A stretch of DNA of 64,000 nucleotides, from assembly GCA_963771665.1 (NCBI GenBank), contig CAVYUK010000004.1, positions 63,971 through 127,970 of the forward strand. The letters run 5' to 3'. Below are positions 28,457-45,164 of this stretch, one piece after another. The DNA comes from an uncultured Gammaproteobacteria bacterium (GTDB lineage: Bacteria > Pseudomonadota > Gammaproteobacteria > Steroidobacterales > Steroidobacteraceae). The notes under the pieces were generated by a model that did not search any database, was not told the DNA's origin, and saw nothing but the letters and a program-made list of their open reading frames with translations. A program made the position numbers and the translations under genes. Positions within the stretch are counted from its first letter, which is position 1; the number at the start of each line of letters is the position of its first letter.

Positions 28457-29508
28457 GAGGCGCGGCCCTCGCGCTCGAGCAGCGCGCGCTTGCGTGCGAC
28501 TCCCCAGTGATAGCCGGAGATCGCGCCGTCGCTGCGAATCACACGATGGCAGGGCACTGCCACGGCAACCGGGTTGGCGGCGATCGCGGCACCCACCGCG
28601 CGGCTGGCCTTGGGAATCCCCAGCCGGCGTGCGATCTCGGCATAGCTGACAGTGGTGCCCGCAGGAACGGTTCGCAGTGCCTGCCAGACCCGCAGCTGAA
28701 AGCTCGTGCCGCGCAGATCCAGCGGCAGATCAAGACCGGCGGCCGGCGCTTCGACGAAGCCAATGACGGTGGCCACCGTGCGCTCGAAGTCGCCGTCGCC
28801 GCCGCGCAGTTGCGCGCGCGGAAAGCGATCCTGCAGGTCGCGCAGCAGCGCCTCGGGTTCATCACCCAGCGTGATTGCGCAGACGCCTCGATCGGTGGCG
28901 GCCACCAGGATGGAGCCGAGCGAGCATTGCGCGACCGCAAACCGGATCTGCTCGCCATTGCCGCCGCTGCGATAGGCACTGGGCACCATGCCGAGCGCGG
29001 CATCGCTCTGCGCATAGAAACGCGCGTTGGAGTTGAAGCCCGCGTCGTACATGGCGGCCGTCACGCTGCCACTCTCAGGCAGCTTGTCGCGCACGCGCTG
29101 TGCGCGCAGTCCCGCGGCGTATCCTTTGGGAGTAAGTCCGGTGACGCGCTTGAACAGCCGGTGGAAATAAAACCGGCTTAAGCGCGCGCCCTGCGCGAGT
29201 TCGGCAAGATTGGGCATCTGCTCGGCCTGCGCGATGCGGCGGCACGCTGCGGCAATCAGCTCGGCCTGGCGCTGTGACGGCGCGGTCGAATCGGGGTGGC
29301 AGCGTTTGCAGGCGCGAAAGCCGGCCCGCTCCGCGGCCGAAGGCTCGGAGAAGAAGCGTACGTTCTCACGCCGAGGCATGCGTGCCGCGCACGAGGGACG
29401 GCAATACACGCCGGTGGTGCGGACGGCGTAAAAGAATTCCCCATCGGCGCTGGGGCTGCGCTGCTGGATGGCGTTCCAGCGATCATCATCGGTGGTCGGG
29501 TGGTTCAT
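28453..29508 (-). CDS. ada: bifunctional Ada: methylphosphotriester/O6-methylguanine methyltransferase and AraC-type regulator
   Basis: ORF 28453..29598. AGGAG lies 6 nt before ATG 29508. Zn-Cys N-domain FFYAVRTTGVYCRPSCAAR, AraC HTH, C-terminal VPCHRVI active site. Confidence 0.9.
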   Translation of the reverse strand: MNHPTTDDDRWNAIQQRSPSADGEFFYAVRTTGVYCRPSCAARMPRRENVRFFSEPSAAERAGFRACKRCHPDSTAPSQRQAELIAAACRRIAQAEQMPNLAELAQGARLSRFYFHRLFKRVTGLTPKGYAAGLRAQRVRDKLPESGSVTAAMYDAGFNSNARFYAQSDAALGMVPSAYRSGGNGEQIRFAVAQCSLGSILVAATDRGVCAITLGDEPEALLRDLQDRFPRAQLRGGDGDFERTVATVIGFVEAPAAGLDLPLDLRGTSFQLRVWQALRTVPAGTTVSYAEIARRLGIPKASRAVGAAIAANPVAVAVPCHRVIRSDGAISGYHWGVARKRALLEREGRAS

Positions 29509-29818
29509 GGTGGACTCCTGGGCAGCCGCGCTGCGTCTGGGGCGCAGATTCGGCGAGCGGCGCCTGGCGCGCACTCCAGCTGTTGCGGTTGAATTCAAGC
29601 TGCTCAGGGTGTCTTACAGATGCGTTTCCGATGTCTGGGAGGCGCGCATTTTATAGGTTTTGATCGCTGCCGGAACGCTGCAATACTGCGGCGCTGCCGC
29701 AGACGGAATCGCAAGTGATTCCAATCAGTTGGATGATGGTCGGCAGATGAGGCCGGAGAAAGTCATGAACTCCGATGCATATGGCCGGGCCCGAATAATT
29801 GCGCCTGGCGTTGGCTTT

Positions 29819-29919
29819 TTTGTTGCCTAGGCAACAAATCGGTCCGGGAAGCCAGAAGTAGTTGCCTAGGCATCAATTCGGCGGCAAAGCCATAAGTAGT
29901 TGCCTAGGCAACAAATCGG
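29819..29919. repeat. three 38-39-bp-spaced copies of a palindromic motif (core TGCCTAGGCA)
   Basis: Copy 1 at 29819-29838 is a perfect 20-bp palindrome, TTTGTTGCCTAGGCAACAAA. Copy 2 core is 29861-29881 (GTTGCCTAGGCATCAATTCGG). Copy 3 is 29899-29919 (GTTGCCTAGGCAACAAATCGG). Copies 2 and 3 also share the upstream AAGTA. Confidence 0.85.
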
Positions 29920-30004
29920 AGTCGGAGCAGCATTTATTCGCGGGTATAGCGGTCGTCCGTCGCGAACCGGACGCCTAAACTGCAACGCAGCAGGAGTGAT
30001 GAGA

Positions 30005-30871
30005 ATGACGAATTCAACTGAGTACGTTCCGCCCAAGGTCTGGACGTGGAATAAGCCGAGCGGCGGGACCTTCGCGAGCATCAATCGCCCGATCGCGGGG
30101 TCGACACACGATAAGGATCTGCCGGTGGGCCGGCACCCTTTGCAGCTCTATTCGATGGGAACGCCCAACGGCGTGAAAGTCACGGTGATGCTCGAGGAGT
30201 TGCTGGCGCTGGGATTCAAGGGCGCCGAATACGATGCCTGGCTGATCCGGATCAGCGAGGGAGATCAATTCGGCTCCGGCTTCGTCGCGGTGAATCCGAA
30301 TTCCAAGATTCCAGCACTGCTGGACCGCAGTGGCGCTACGCCAATCCGCGTATTCGAATCCGGCTCGATCCTGGTGTACCTCGCGGAGAAGTTCGGGGCC
30401 TTGCTGCCGACGGACGCGGCCACGCGGGCCGAGTGCCTGTCGTGGTTGTTTTGGCAGATGGGCAGCGCGCCATATCTAGGCGGCGGTTTCGGCCACTTCT
30501 ACACCTATGCTCCCATCAAGATCGAATACGCGATCGACCGCTTCGCCATGGAGGTGAAACGTCAGCTCGATGTGCTCGATCGCCGCCTGGCCGATCACGA
30601 GTACCTGGCAGGCGACGCTTACACCATCGCTGACATTGCCGTGTTTCCCTGGTATGGCGGGCTGGTCAAGGGATGGGCCTACGGCGCGGCAGAGTTCCTG
30701 AGCGTGCAGGAGTACAAAAACGTGCAGCGTTGGGCGGACGCCCTGCTGGAGAGGCCAGCTGTGCGTCGTGGACGCATGGTCAATCGCACCTCGGGCGAGC
30801 TTTCGAGCCAATTACATGAGCGGCACGATGCCAGCGATTTCGAAACGAAGACCGCTGACAAAGGCAACTGA
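30005..30871 (+). CDS. YghU-like (Nu-class) glutathione S-transferase
   Basis: ORF 29900..30871. AGGAG at 29992-29996 favours ATG 30005. Sequence reads MTNSTEYVPPKVWTWNKPSGGTFASINRPIAGSTH...LQLYSMGTPNG. Confidence 0.85.
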   Translation: MTNSTEYVPPKVWTWNKPSGGTFASINRPIAGSTHDKDLPVGRHPLQLYSMGTPNGVKVTVMLEELLALGFKGAEYDAWLIRISEGDQFGSGFVAVNPNSKIPALLDRSGATPIRVFESGSILVYLAEKFGALLPTDAATRAECLSWLFWQMGSAPYLGGGFGHFYTYAPIKIEYAIDRFAMEVKRQLDVLDRRLADHEYLAGDAYTIADIAVFPWYGGLVKGWAYGAAEFLSVQEYKNVQRWADALLERPAVRRGRMVNRTSGELSSQLHERHDASDFETKTADKGN

Positions 30872-31789
30872 TTACGTCTGGCGTCCGAATCGATAGGAGT
30901 TGGCCGGGCGATATAACAGCGGGTTCCCGGCGTCGAGATGCCACATCTCATCACGCATTCGTTGGCGCTCTGCGTTCGGGATGGCGCCGAAGCCTCTGTG
31001 CGGAGTGCATGTGAGTTCGCCGAAGTAAACCTCGCCCTCGACCGTATAAAGGTCGACCCGGACGAAATCAAAATCCGCGGAGAGGTCTCTGGCCACCTGC
31101 ACCATGACTTCAAAATTCGCCGGCTTCAGATGTGGCGCCAGCTCCTGCTCAGGAATATCGCATTCGAGAACTGTCCAGTCCTTCCGGAAGGCGGCGCTCT
31201 TCCCAGCCGGCGTCATAATCGAGAAATTGTAGTCAAACCCGCCGCGCGCGTTATAGCAAAAGAAGCTGTAATCCCAAGGCACATCACCGTGCGGCCCGCT
31301 CAACAGCTTTTCGATCACGATTTTCGGAGGGATGAAACTGTAGTGCCTTTCTCCGGAGATCCAACCGAAACGCCGTTTGCAGAGCTTGTTGAATCGCCGA
31401 ATTGTCTTATCGATATCGAGCGTGCGCTTGTCGTAGACGATCTGGTGCCACTTGCAGCCATGATTGGCTTTGATAATAAATTGATCAGGCAGGTTATCGA
31501 ATGTTGATCTGTCCAATCGGTCGTAAACGCCAAGCAGCGGAATGAGGTGTTTGTCGCCGACCTTGGCGGCGACGTAGTTCCTGACTCGATACTTGTCTGC
31601 GACCAGGGCGTAGAAGGCGTGATTGCCGTACAGCTTCCTGAATTGCACCTTCTCCTGGTACGTCTTTGGATTCTCGAAATCACCTGCGTAGCCGAGGCCC
31701 CTCATGAACTGCAAGCTGATCAGCTGCCGCTGCGCATTGAAGATTAGCCATTCGCTCAGTCGCCTTAGCATTTGAGTCGCCTCTTGCAA
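30872..31789 (-). CDS. TupA-like ATP-grasp amidoligase
   Basis: Blocks FIIKANHGCKWH and FVRVDLYTVEGEVYFGELTCTPHRG. Lower GC than the flanks. Its stop abuts the GST stop with zero spacer. Confidence 0.7.
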   Translation of the reverse strand: MQEATQMLRRLSEWLIFNAQRQLISLQFMRGLGYAGDFENPKTYQEKVQFRKLYGNHAFYALVADKYRVRNYVAAKVGDKHLIPLLGVYDRLDRSTFDNLPDQFIIKANHGCKWHQIVYDKRTLDIDKTIRRFNKLCKRRFGWISGERHYSFIPPKIVIEKLLSGPHGDVPWDYSFFCYNARGGFDYNFSIMTPAGKSAAFRKDWTVLECDIPEQELAPHLKPANFEVMVQVARDLSADFDFVRVDLYTVEGEVYFGELTCTPHRGFGAIPNAERQRMRDEMWHLDAGNPLLYRPANSYRFGRQT

Positions 31790-32156
31790 GTCATTGTAGT
31801 TTGCCGAAGGCGGGCATCAAGATGCGCTGCCGACCGTGCCTTGCCTCGTTATGTTCAACGGCTGACCTCACAAGACAAAAACGATGTCAGCCAGGTCGGG
31901 AGTATGACGACGAGACTCATTATGTAAACCGCGGCGGAGCACCGAGTGATTGGAACCAGAGCGAGCTTGTCCACGCCGCAGTCGGTTACGCAGATGCCGC
32001 GGCATTCGCATCATGAGTCCGACAGTCCAGGGATCTCCACACCGGTCCGGCAATGATTCTTGTGAGACAATTACGAACTCAAAGAACCGGAACTTCGCTT
32101 CGGGTGGTTCCCTCGCCCCGGGAAGTTTCGCGGGCAAATATAAATTAGCGATCACC

Positions 32157-32912
32157 ATGGAAGCGTTTTTCTTCGGGCCAAGTAAAGAGCAGCTTTTCGG
32201 TACCTATCATCCGCCGCTTAGCGGCGATGGTGAAGTACTGACCGTCATCTGCCCGCCTCTCTTTTCAGAGTCCGCGCGTACGCAGAGTGCGCTTCGCAAA
32301 TTGGCGATTTCCATTGCGGAAACCGGTAGGCACGTACTCAGATTCGATTATCGAGGCACCGGAGATTCATTTGGCGACCTCGAGGACTACAACGTCTCTG
32401 ATTGGATCGAGGACGTTGCACTGGCCGTCGAGGAAGGCCGCGAGGTCTCCGATTGCAGCGAAGTGCAAATCCTTGGTGTTCGGGCTGGCGCGTTACTGGC
32501 GTGCAATTCGGTGGGAGCCGCCAGCGATATTCAGAGGCTGGTGTTGTGGGACCCCATCGCTGATGGCGCCGCGTACATCGAGGCAATCCGGCGCGCCCAA
32601 GTGGAAAATCTCAAGAGTGAGTTCAGGTCGATGAGTCGGGTTGAGCGTGGAGAGGGGATACGGGATATCGGAGGTTGGCGTGTATCCGAGGGGATGCTGG
32701 AAGAGTTTCGAGCGCTCGACTCCAGCGCGTATTTGCGTATTCCAGAAAATAAGCTGCAAGTCGTGAGCACCGCTGCAGAAGACGGCTTTTCGCCGCGAGG
32801 AGTGGCCTCCGAGGTGCTGCCGTATCCATGTAACTGGGAGCACGTTAGAGAGAATGTGATTAATCCCCAGCCGGTTTTGGAGCGTCTGTTCGCGTGTCTG
32901 ACGAAATCCTGA
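32157..32912 (+). CDS. alpha/beta-hydrolase-fold protein 1 (resembles exosortase-A-associated hydrolase pair member)
   Basis: ORF 31950..32912, start taken at MEAFFFGPSKEQLFG. VLRFDYRGTGDS block. The nucleophile-elbow position reads GVRAG (32475-32489). Confidence 0.65.
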   Translation: MEAFFFGPSKEQLFGTYHPPLSGDGEVLTVICPPLFSESARTQSALRKLAISIAETGRHVLRFDYRGTGDSFGDLEDYNVSDWIEDVALAVEEGREVSDCSEVQILGVRAGALLACNSVGAASDIQRLVLWDPIADGAAYIEAIRRAQVENLKSEFRSMSRVERGEGIRDIGGWRVSEGMLEEFRALDSSAYLRIPENKLQVVSTAAEDGFSPRGVASEVLPYPCNWEHVRENVINPQPVLERLFACLTKS

Positions 32913-33748
32913 CAGAAGAAATACTCCAGTTTGGAGACAATGCACGGCTGTTCGGGATTTTGACCTTGCCGAGCCTGCCGTTGCGCCAAACCGCAAAGCT
33001 GCCTGTGTTTGTATTTTTGAGTTGCGGAGCGCTGCATCGAGTCGGTCCGCAACGATTGTATGTCCGACTGGCCAGGACCTTGGCGCCAATGGGATTCAGC
33101 TCATTGCGCGTCGACTTGAGCGGTAGAGGCGATAGTTCGGGAAAACCCGAATTGAGAAACGAGCAATCGCTGCTGGAGGATTACAAAGAGATAGTGAGCA
33201 TTCTGCAAGCACGCCTTGGACAGTCGCAATTCGTGTTATGTGGGCTTTGCTCCGGTGCCGATAATGCCCTGATGCTTGCGCACGCCGATCAGCGAATCAT
33301 CGGGTTACTCCTGATGGACCCGACATTCCATCCAGCGGATGGTTTCAGAGTACGCAGGTTCTTCCAAAGATTGAGGAACCCCGCGCGATATCTGGATCCC
33401 CTGAGCTACATTTCCTGGCGAAGACTAAAGGCGGAGCTGCTGATAGAACCGCCGCTGATGATCGGAGATCCTCCTACGCGGGAGCGAATTCGGGCAGCGT
33501 TTCAGGCTATCTGCGGACGCCAAGGGCGAGCGCTGACAGTATTCACAAGTGCGGCGTTGAAGCAGGGCTACACCCATTTGGGACAACTGGCCCAGACGAT
33601 CTCTGTGCCCGGGTACGAGCAATTCTGTATGGAGAGATTCTTTTCGGCCGCAGGGCACACATTCGACCTGGAGCACCATCGGCGCCGGCTCCTGGACGAA
33701 GTGAAGCTGTGGTCAGCTGGATTCCTACAGCCGACAGAAATCGCGTAG
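32894..33748 (+). CDS. alpha/beta-hydrolase-fold protein 2 (Cys at nucleophile elbow)
   Basis: GTG start overlaps the upstream gene by 19 nt. FLSCGALHRVGPQRLYVRLAR..LRVDLSGRGDS. Elbow reads GLCSG (33242-33256). Confidence 0.65.
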   Translation: MSDEILTEEILQFGDNARLFGILTLPSLPLRQTAKLPVFVFLSCGALHRVGPQRLYVRLARTLAPMGFSSLRVDLSGRGDSSGKPELRNEQSLLEDYKEIVSILQARLGQSQFVLCGLCSGADNALMLAHADQRIIGLLLMDPTFHPADGFRVRRFFQRLRNPARYLDPLSYISWRRLKAELLIEPPLMIGDPPTRERIRAAFQAICGRQGRALTVFTSAALKQGYTHLGQLAQTISVPGYEQFCMERFFSAAGHTFDLEHHRRRLLDEVKLWSAGFLQPTEIA

Positions 33749-33837
33749 TGGCATTGACGGCGCTACTCGACTTTTGCCGACCCTTCGGCCTGAGCCGGTA
33801 CCGAGTCGAACAGATCAAAAAGAAGGCATAACATTCC

Positions 33838-42279
<8,442 letters not shown>

Positions 42280-42319
42280 GGCGCGAGTAAAGCTCGAGTA
42301 ACGCTATAGTCCCGATTCC

Positions 42320-43330
42320 ATGAAAGCAGTCATCCGGGCCATCGAATACCACCTTCCGGAAGCCGTGCTTCAAAGCCAGGATCTGGCTCGCGAATTCCCA
42401 GACTGGCCGGTCGCCAAAATCGAAAGCAAGACCGGGATTTCGCAGCGTCATATCGCAGCGGCCGGTGAATGCTCGTCGGACCTGGGGATCGCCGCAGCGA
42501 AGAAGCTCTTCGCGTCAGGAGCGGCTGCGGCGGCAGAGATCGATTTCCTGCTCTTCTGTACACAAAGTCCCGACTATTTCCTGCCCACCACGGCGTGCCT
42601 GGTGCAGACGGCGCTTGATATCCCCACTCATGCCGGAGCGCTCGACTTCAATCTCGGCTGCTCAGGGTTTGTGTACGGACTGAGCCTGGCGAAGGGGTTG
42701 ATCGAAACCGCGCAGGCGGCGAATGTGCTGCTCATCACGGCCGAGACCTACAGCAAGTTCATCCATCCTCGCGACGGCAGCGTGCGGACGATTTTCGGCG
42801 ATGGAGCGGCCGCGGTCCTGCTGCGTGCCGAAGCCCGCGACGATGAACCTTTGGGACCCTTCGTATTCGGCACCGACGGACGCGGAGCGAAGGATCTAAT
42901 CGTGCCCGGCGGCGGCATGCGCGCGCGAGCCTCAGGCTGCGACGCGGTGGAAGATGACCAGGGCTACTGGCGGGGAGCCGATAATCTGTACATGAACGGT
43001 CCCGAGGTGTTCAATTTCACCCTGAACGAAGTGCCGGCTTCGACGGAGGCGCTGCTGCGTCGCACGAACACCACGCTGGCTGACTACGACCTGTTCATTT
43101 TTCACCAGGCGAATCGCCACATGCTGAACCATCTGCGCAAAATCGTCGGAATTCCGGAAGAGCGCTTTTATATCGGCATGGAACGTTGTGGCAACACCGT
43201 CTCCTCGACGATTCCGATCGCACTTCACAATGCGGCAAGCGAGGGCCGCTTGAGTGCGGGGGACCGCGTCATGGTGGTGGGGTTCGGTGTTGGCTATTCC
43301 TGGTGCGCGGCGGCGCTCACATGGCAGTAG
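42320..43330 (+). CDS. KASIII / FabH-like 3-oxoacyl-ACP synthase III family enzyme
   Basis: Catalytic triad contexts NLGCSGFVYGL (Cys), IFHQANRHML (His) and CGNTVSSTIP (Asn). Confidence 0.9.
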   Translation: MKAVIRAIEYHLPEAVLQSQDLAREFPDWPVAKIESKTGISQRHIAAAGECSSDLGIAAAKKLFASGAAAAAEIDFLLFCTQSPDYFLPTTACLVQTALDIPTHAGALDFNLGCSGFVYGLSLAKGLIETAQAANVLLITAETYSKFIHPRDGSVRTIFGDGAAAVLLRAEARDDEPLGPFVFGTDGRGAKDLIVPGGGMRARASGCDAVEDDQGYWRGADNLYMNGPEVFNFTLNEVPASTEALLRRTNTTLADYDLFIFHQANRHMLNHLRKIVGIPEERFYIGMERCGNTVSSTIPIALHNAASEGRLSAGDRVMVVGFGVGYSWCAAALTWQ

Positions 43331-43584
43331 CTCTGAATCCGATCCTGCTGGCCCAGATGCAGGAGATCTTCCGCGACGTCCTGGATCGGCCAGATCTGGT
43401 CATTACGGCTGAGTCGAATGACGAAACCGTAGAGGGCTGGGATTCCTTGATACACGTAGTGCTGGCCGTCGCGATCACCCGCCGCTACAAAGTGAAATTT
43501 GCGCCGGGCGAGATGAAGAGGCTGAGGAACGTCGGCGATTTGGTGCGGGAGCTCGAGTCGAAGCTGAAGTTGAACGCAAGCTAG
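43321..43584 (+). CDS. free-standing acyl/peptidyl carrier protein
   Basis: Inside ORF 43186..43584. ATG 43321 overlaps the KASIII stop by 10 nt. 87 aa with EGWDSLIHV (Ser codon 43444-43446). Confidence 0.8.
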   Translation: MAVALNPILLAQMQEIFRDVLDRPDLVITAESNDETVEGWDSLIHVVLAVAITRRYKVKFAPGEMKRLRNVGDLVRELESKLKLNAS

Positions 43585-43587
43585 GGC

Positions 43588-45150
43588 CTAAAACTGGAAA
43601 TAGAGAAAGCGGCTTCCCGCATCCAGCATCAGGATCGCAAGGCAGAAAACCGCCGTCAAGCCCAGGCTCCATGCCATCACCGGACGCCAGGTCAGGTTCG
43701 GCAGGACCAGGCTGGGCCAGCGGGCACGATCCGCCGAAGCACGCGAGAAGATTTCCTGGGTGTTGGGGAACGACCAGACGGCGAAGAAGAGCAATGCCAG
43801 GCTGAGCACGCAGCCAGCTCCGCTTCTTAGGAAGAACGAATAGTGCGGAATCGCATCCACATATTCGCTCATTGAGAACCAGGAAGCCGTGCCATGCAGG
43901 CCCACCATGCTGCCCAGAATGTACATGGCGTCGTGGACATCCGCGGACCGGAAGAATACCAGGCCGACCAGAAATCCGAGGAAGGTGACCACCACCGACA
44001 GCGGCGCCGGTATGACATCGTGGAAACGCGAGCCCTGGGGCGTGAGGTAGCGCCACGCGTGATTGAGTGTCAGAAAGATCCCCTGCAATACGCCGAAAAT
44101 CAGGAACTGGAAGCCGGCGCCGTGCCACACGCCGGCGATAGTCATGGTCCACATTAGCGGAAAGAAGACCATGCTGAGAAATCCCCCTGGAGTCGCGGCC
44201 GCCTTGCGGCTGATTTTTTTCCCGCGGGCGAGCCGTGACGCGCATACCCAGTTGACGGCGGGCGTGTACAGGTACTCGTTCAGGTAGCGCGAGAGGGTCA
44301 TGTGCCATCGCTGCCACAACTCTATATACGACCGGGCCTTGTAGGGGGAGTTGAAATTGACGGGGAGGTCGATAGAGAACATGCGAGCCAGCGCCACTGC
44401 CATGTCCGAATATCCGGAGAAGTCGAAGTAGAGCTGCATCGCGTAGGCGAGAGCTCCGAGCCAAGCGGTGAATAAACCGGCGCTATACGGATGCTGGTAG
44501 AGAAAGTCCGCGAGCGGTGCGATGCGGTCTGCAATCAGCACTTTCTTGGCGAGGCCCAGGATGAACCACGACAGTCCGATGGCCACGTCGTGGGCGCGCG
44601 GACCGTGAATCCGGCCGGCTTCGAGTTGCGGCAGGAGATCGCGCGGGTGGATTAATGGACCGGCGATGAGATGAGGGAAGAACGTGACGAAAACCGAATA
44701 GGGCAGCAGGCCCTCCCGTTTGGCGACCTGCTGGCGCAGATCAACCAGGTAGGCAATCTGGGTAAAGGTGAAGAAAGAAATCCCCAGCGGAAGGATCACC
44801 TCCGCGAAGCCGTGCTGAAGCAGGCCGCGGCCGTACAGAAAGTTGAGGAACGGAAACAGGTATTTGTAGTACACCAGCAGCGCAAGATTGGCTGTAATCG
44901 CGGCAAACAAACATCGGTTTTGCCAAACTTCCGGCTTACCTTCCCCGAGTCCGTAGGCAAAGCAGAAGTTCATCAGTATGGATGCCGCCAGCAGGCCCAA
45001 ATAGACTGGGTTCCAGTACGCATAGAACACCAGCGAAACGGCAGCGAGCCATCCCAGCATCGCGGTGCGGCCGAAACGGCTTAGCAGATGGTAGCCGCCC
45101 AATGCGCACGGCAGGAATAAGAAAATGAAGATGGTCGAGGAGAAGAGCAA
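43588..45150 (-). CDS. MBOAT family O-acyltransferase (AlgI/DltB-like)
   Basis: Multi-TM 520 aa. Conserved His blocks QRWHMTLSRYLNEYLY and AGVWHGAGF. Its stop is 3 nt from the ACP stop (convergent). Confidence 0.9.
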   Translation of the reverse strand: MLFSSTIFIFLFLPCALGGYHLLSRFGRTAMLGWLAAVSLVFYAYWNPVYLGLLAASILMNFCFAYGLGEGKPEVWQNRCLFAAITANLALLVYYKYLFPFLNFLYGRGLLQHGFAEVILPLGISFFTFTQIAYLVDLRQQVAKREGLLPYSVFVTFFPHLIAGPLIHPRDLLPQLEAGRIHGPRAHDVAIGLSWFILGLAKKVLIADRIAPLADFLYQHPYSAGLFTAWLGALAYAMQLYFDFSGYSDMAVALARMFSIDLPVNFNSPYKARSYIELWQRWHMTLSRYLNEYLYTPAVNWVCASRLARGKKISRKAAATPGGFLSMVFFPLMWTMTIAGVWHGAGFQFLIFGVLQGIFLTLNHAWRYLTPQGSRFHDVIPAPLSVVVTFLGFLVGLVFFRSADVHDAMYILGSMVGLHGTASWFSMSEYVDAIPHYSFFLRSGAGCVLSLALLFFAVWSFPNTQEIFSRASADRARWPSLVLPNLTWRPVMAWSLGLTAVFCLAILMLDAGSRFLYFQF

Positions 45151-45164
45151 TGCTGAGGCTCGTC

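Noticed and set aside
29620-29665. Possible Ada box (TATAAAATGCGCGCC on the minus strand) upstream of ada
   Set aside because: It only loosely resembles the E. coli AAAGCGCA / AAT-N6-GCAA elements. I cannot distinguish it from chance without a matrix scan.
30351-30362. TTCGAATCC 9-mer inside the GST gene as a possible tRNA-derived att remnant marking the other island end
   Set aside because: It matches only 9 nt of the T-arm, is in the wrong orientation relative to the tRNA-Arg gene, and lies inside a conserved coding frame. It is most likely chance.
43475-44464. 329-aa alternate-frame ORF within the MBOAT gene
   Set aside because: The MBOAT frame carries the conserved His motifs and the TM pattern. 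The alternate frame is Arg/Pro-rich.
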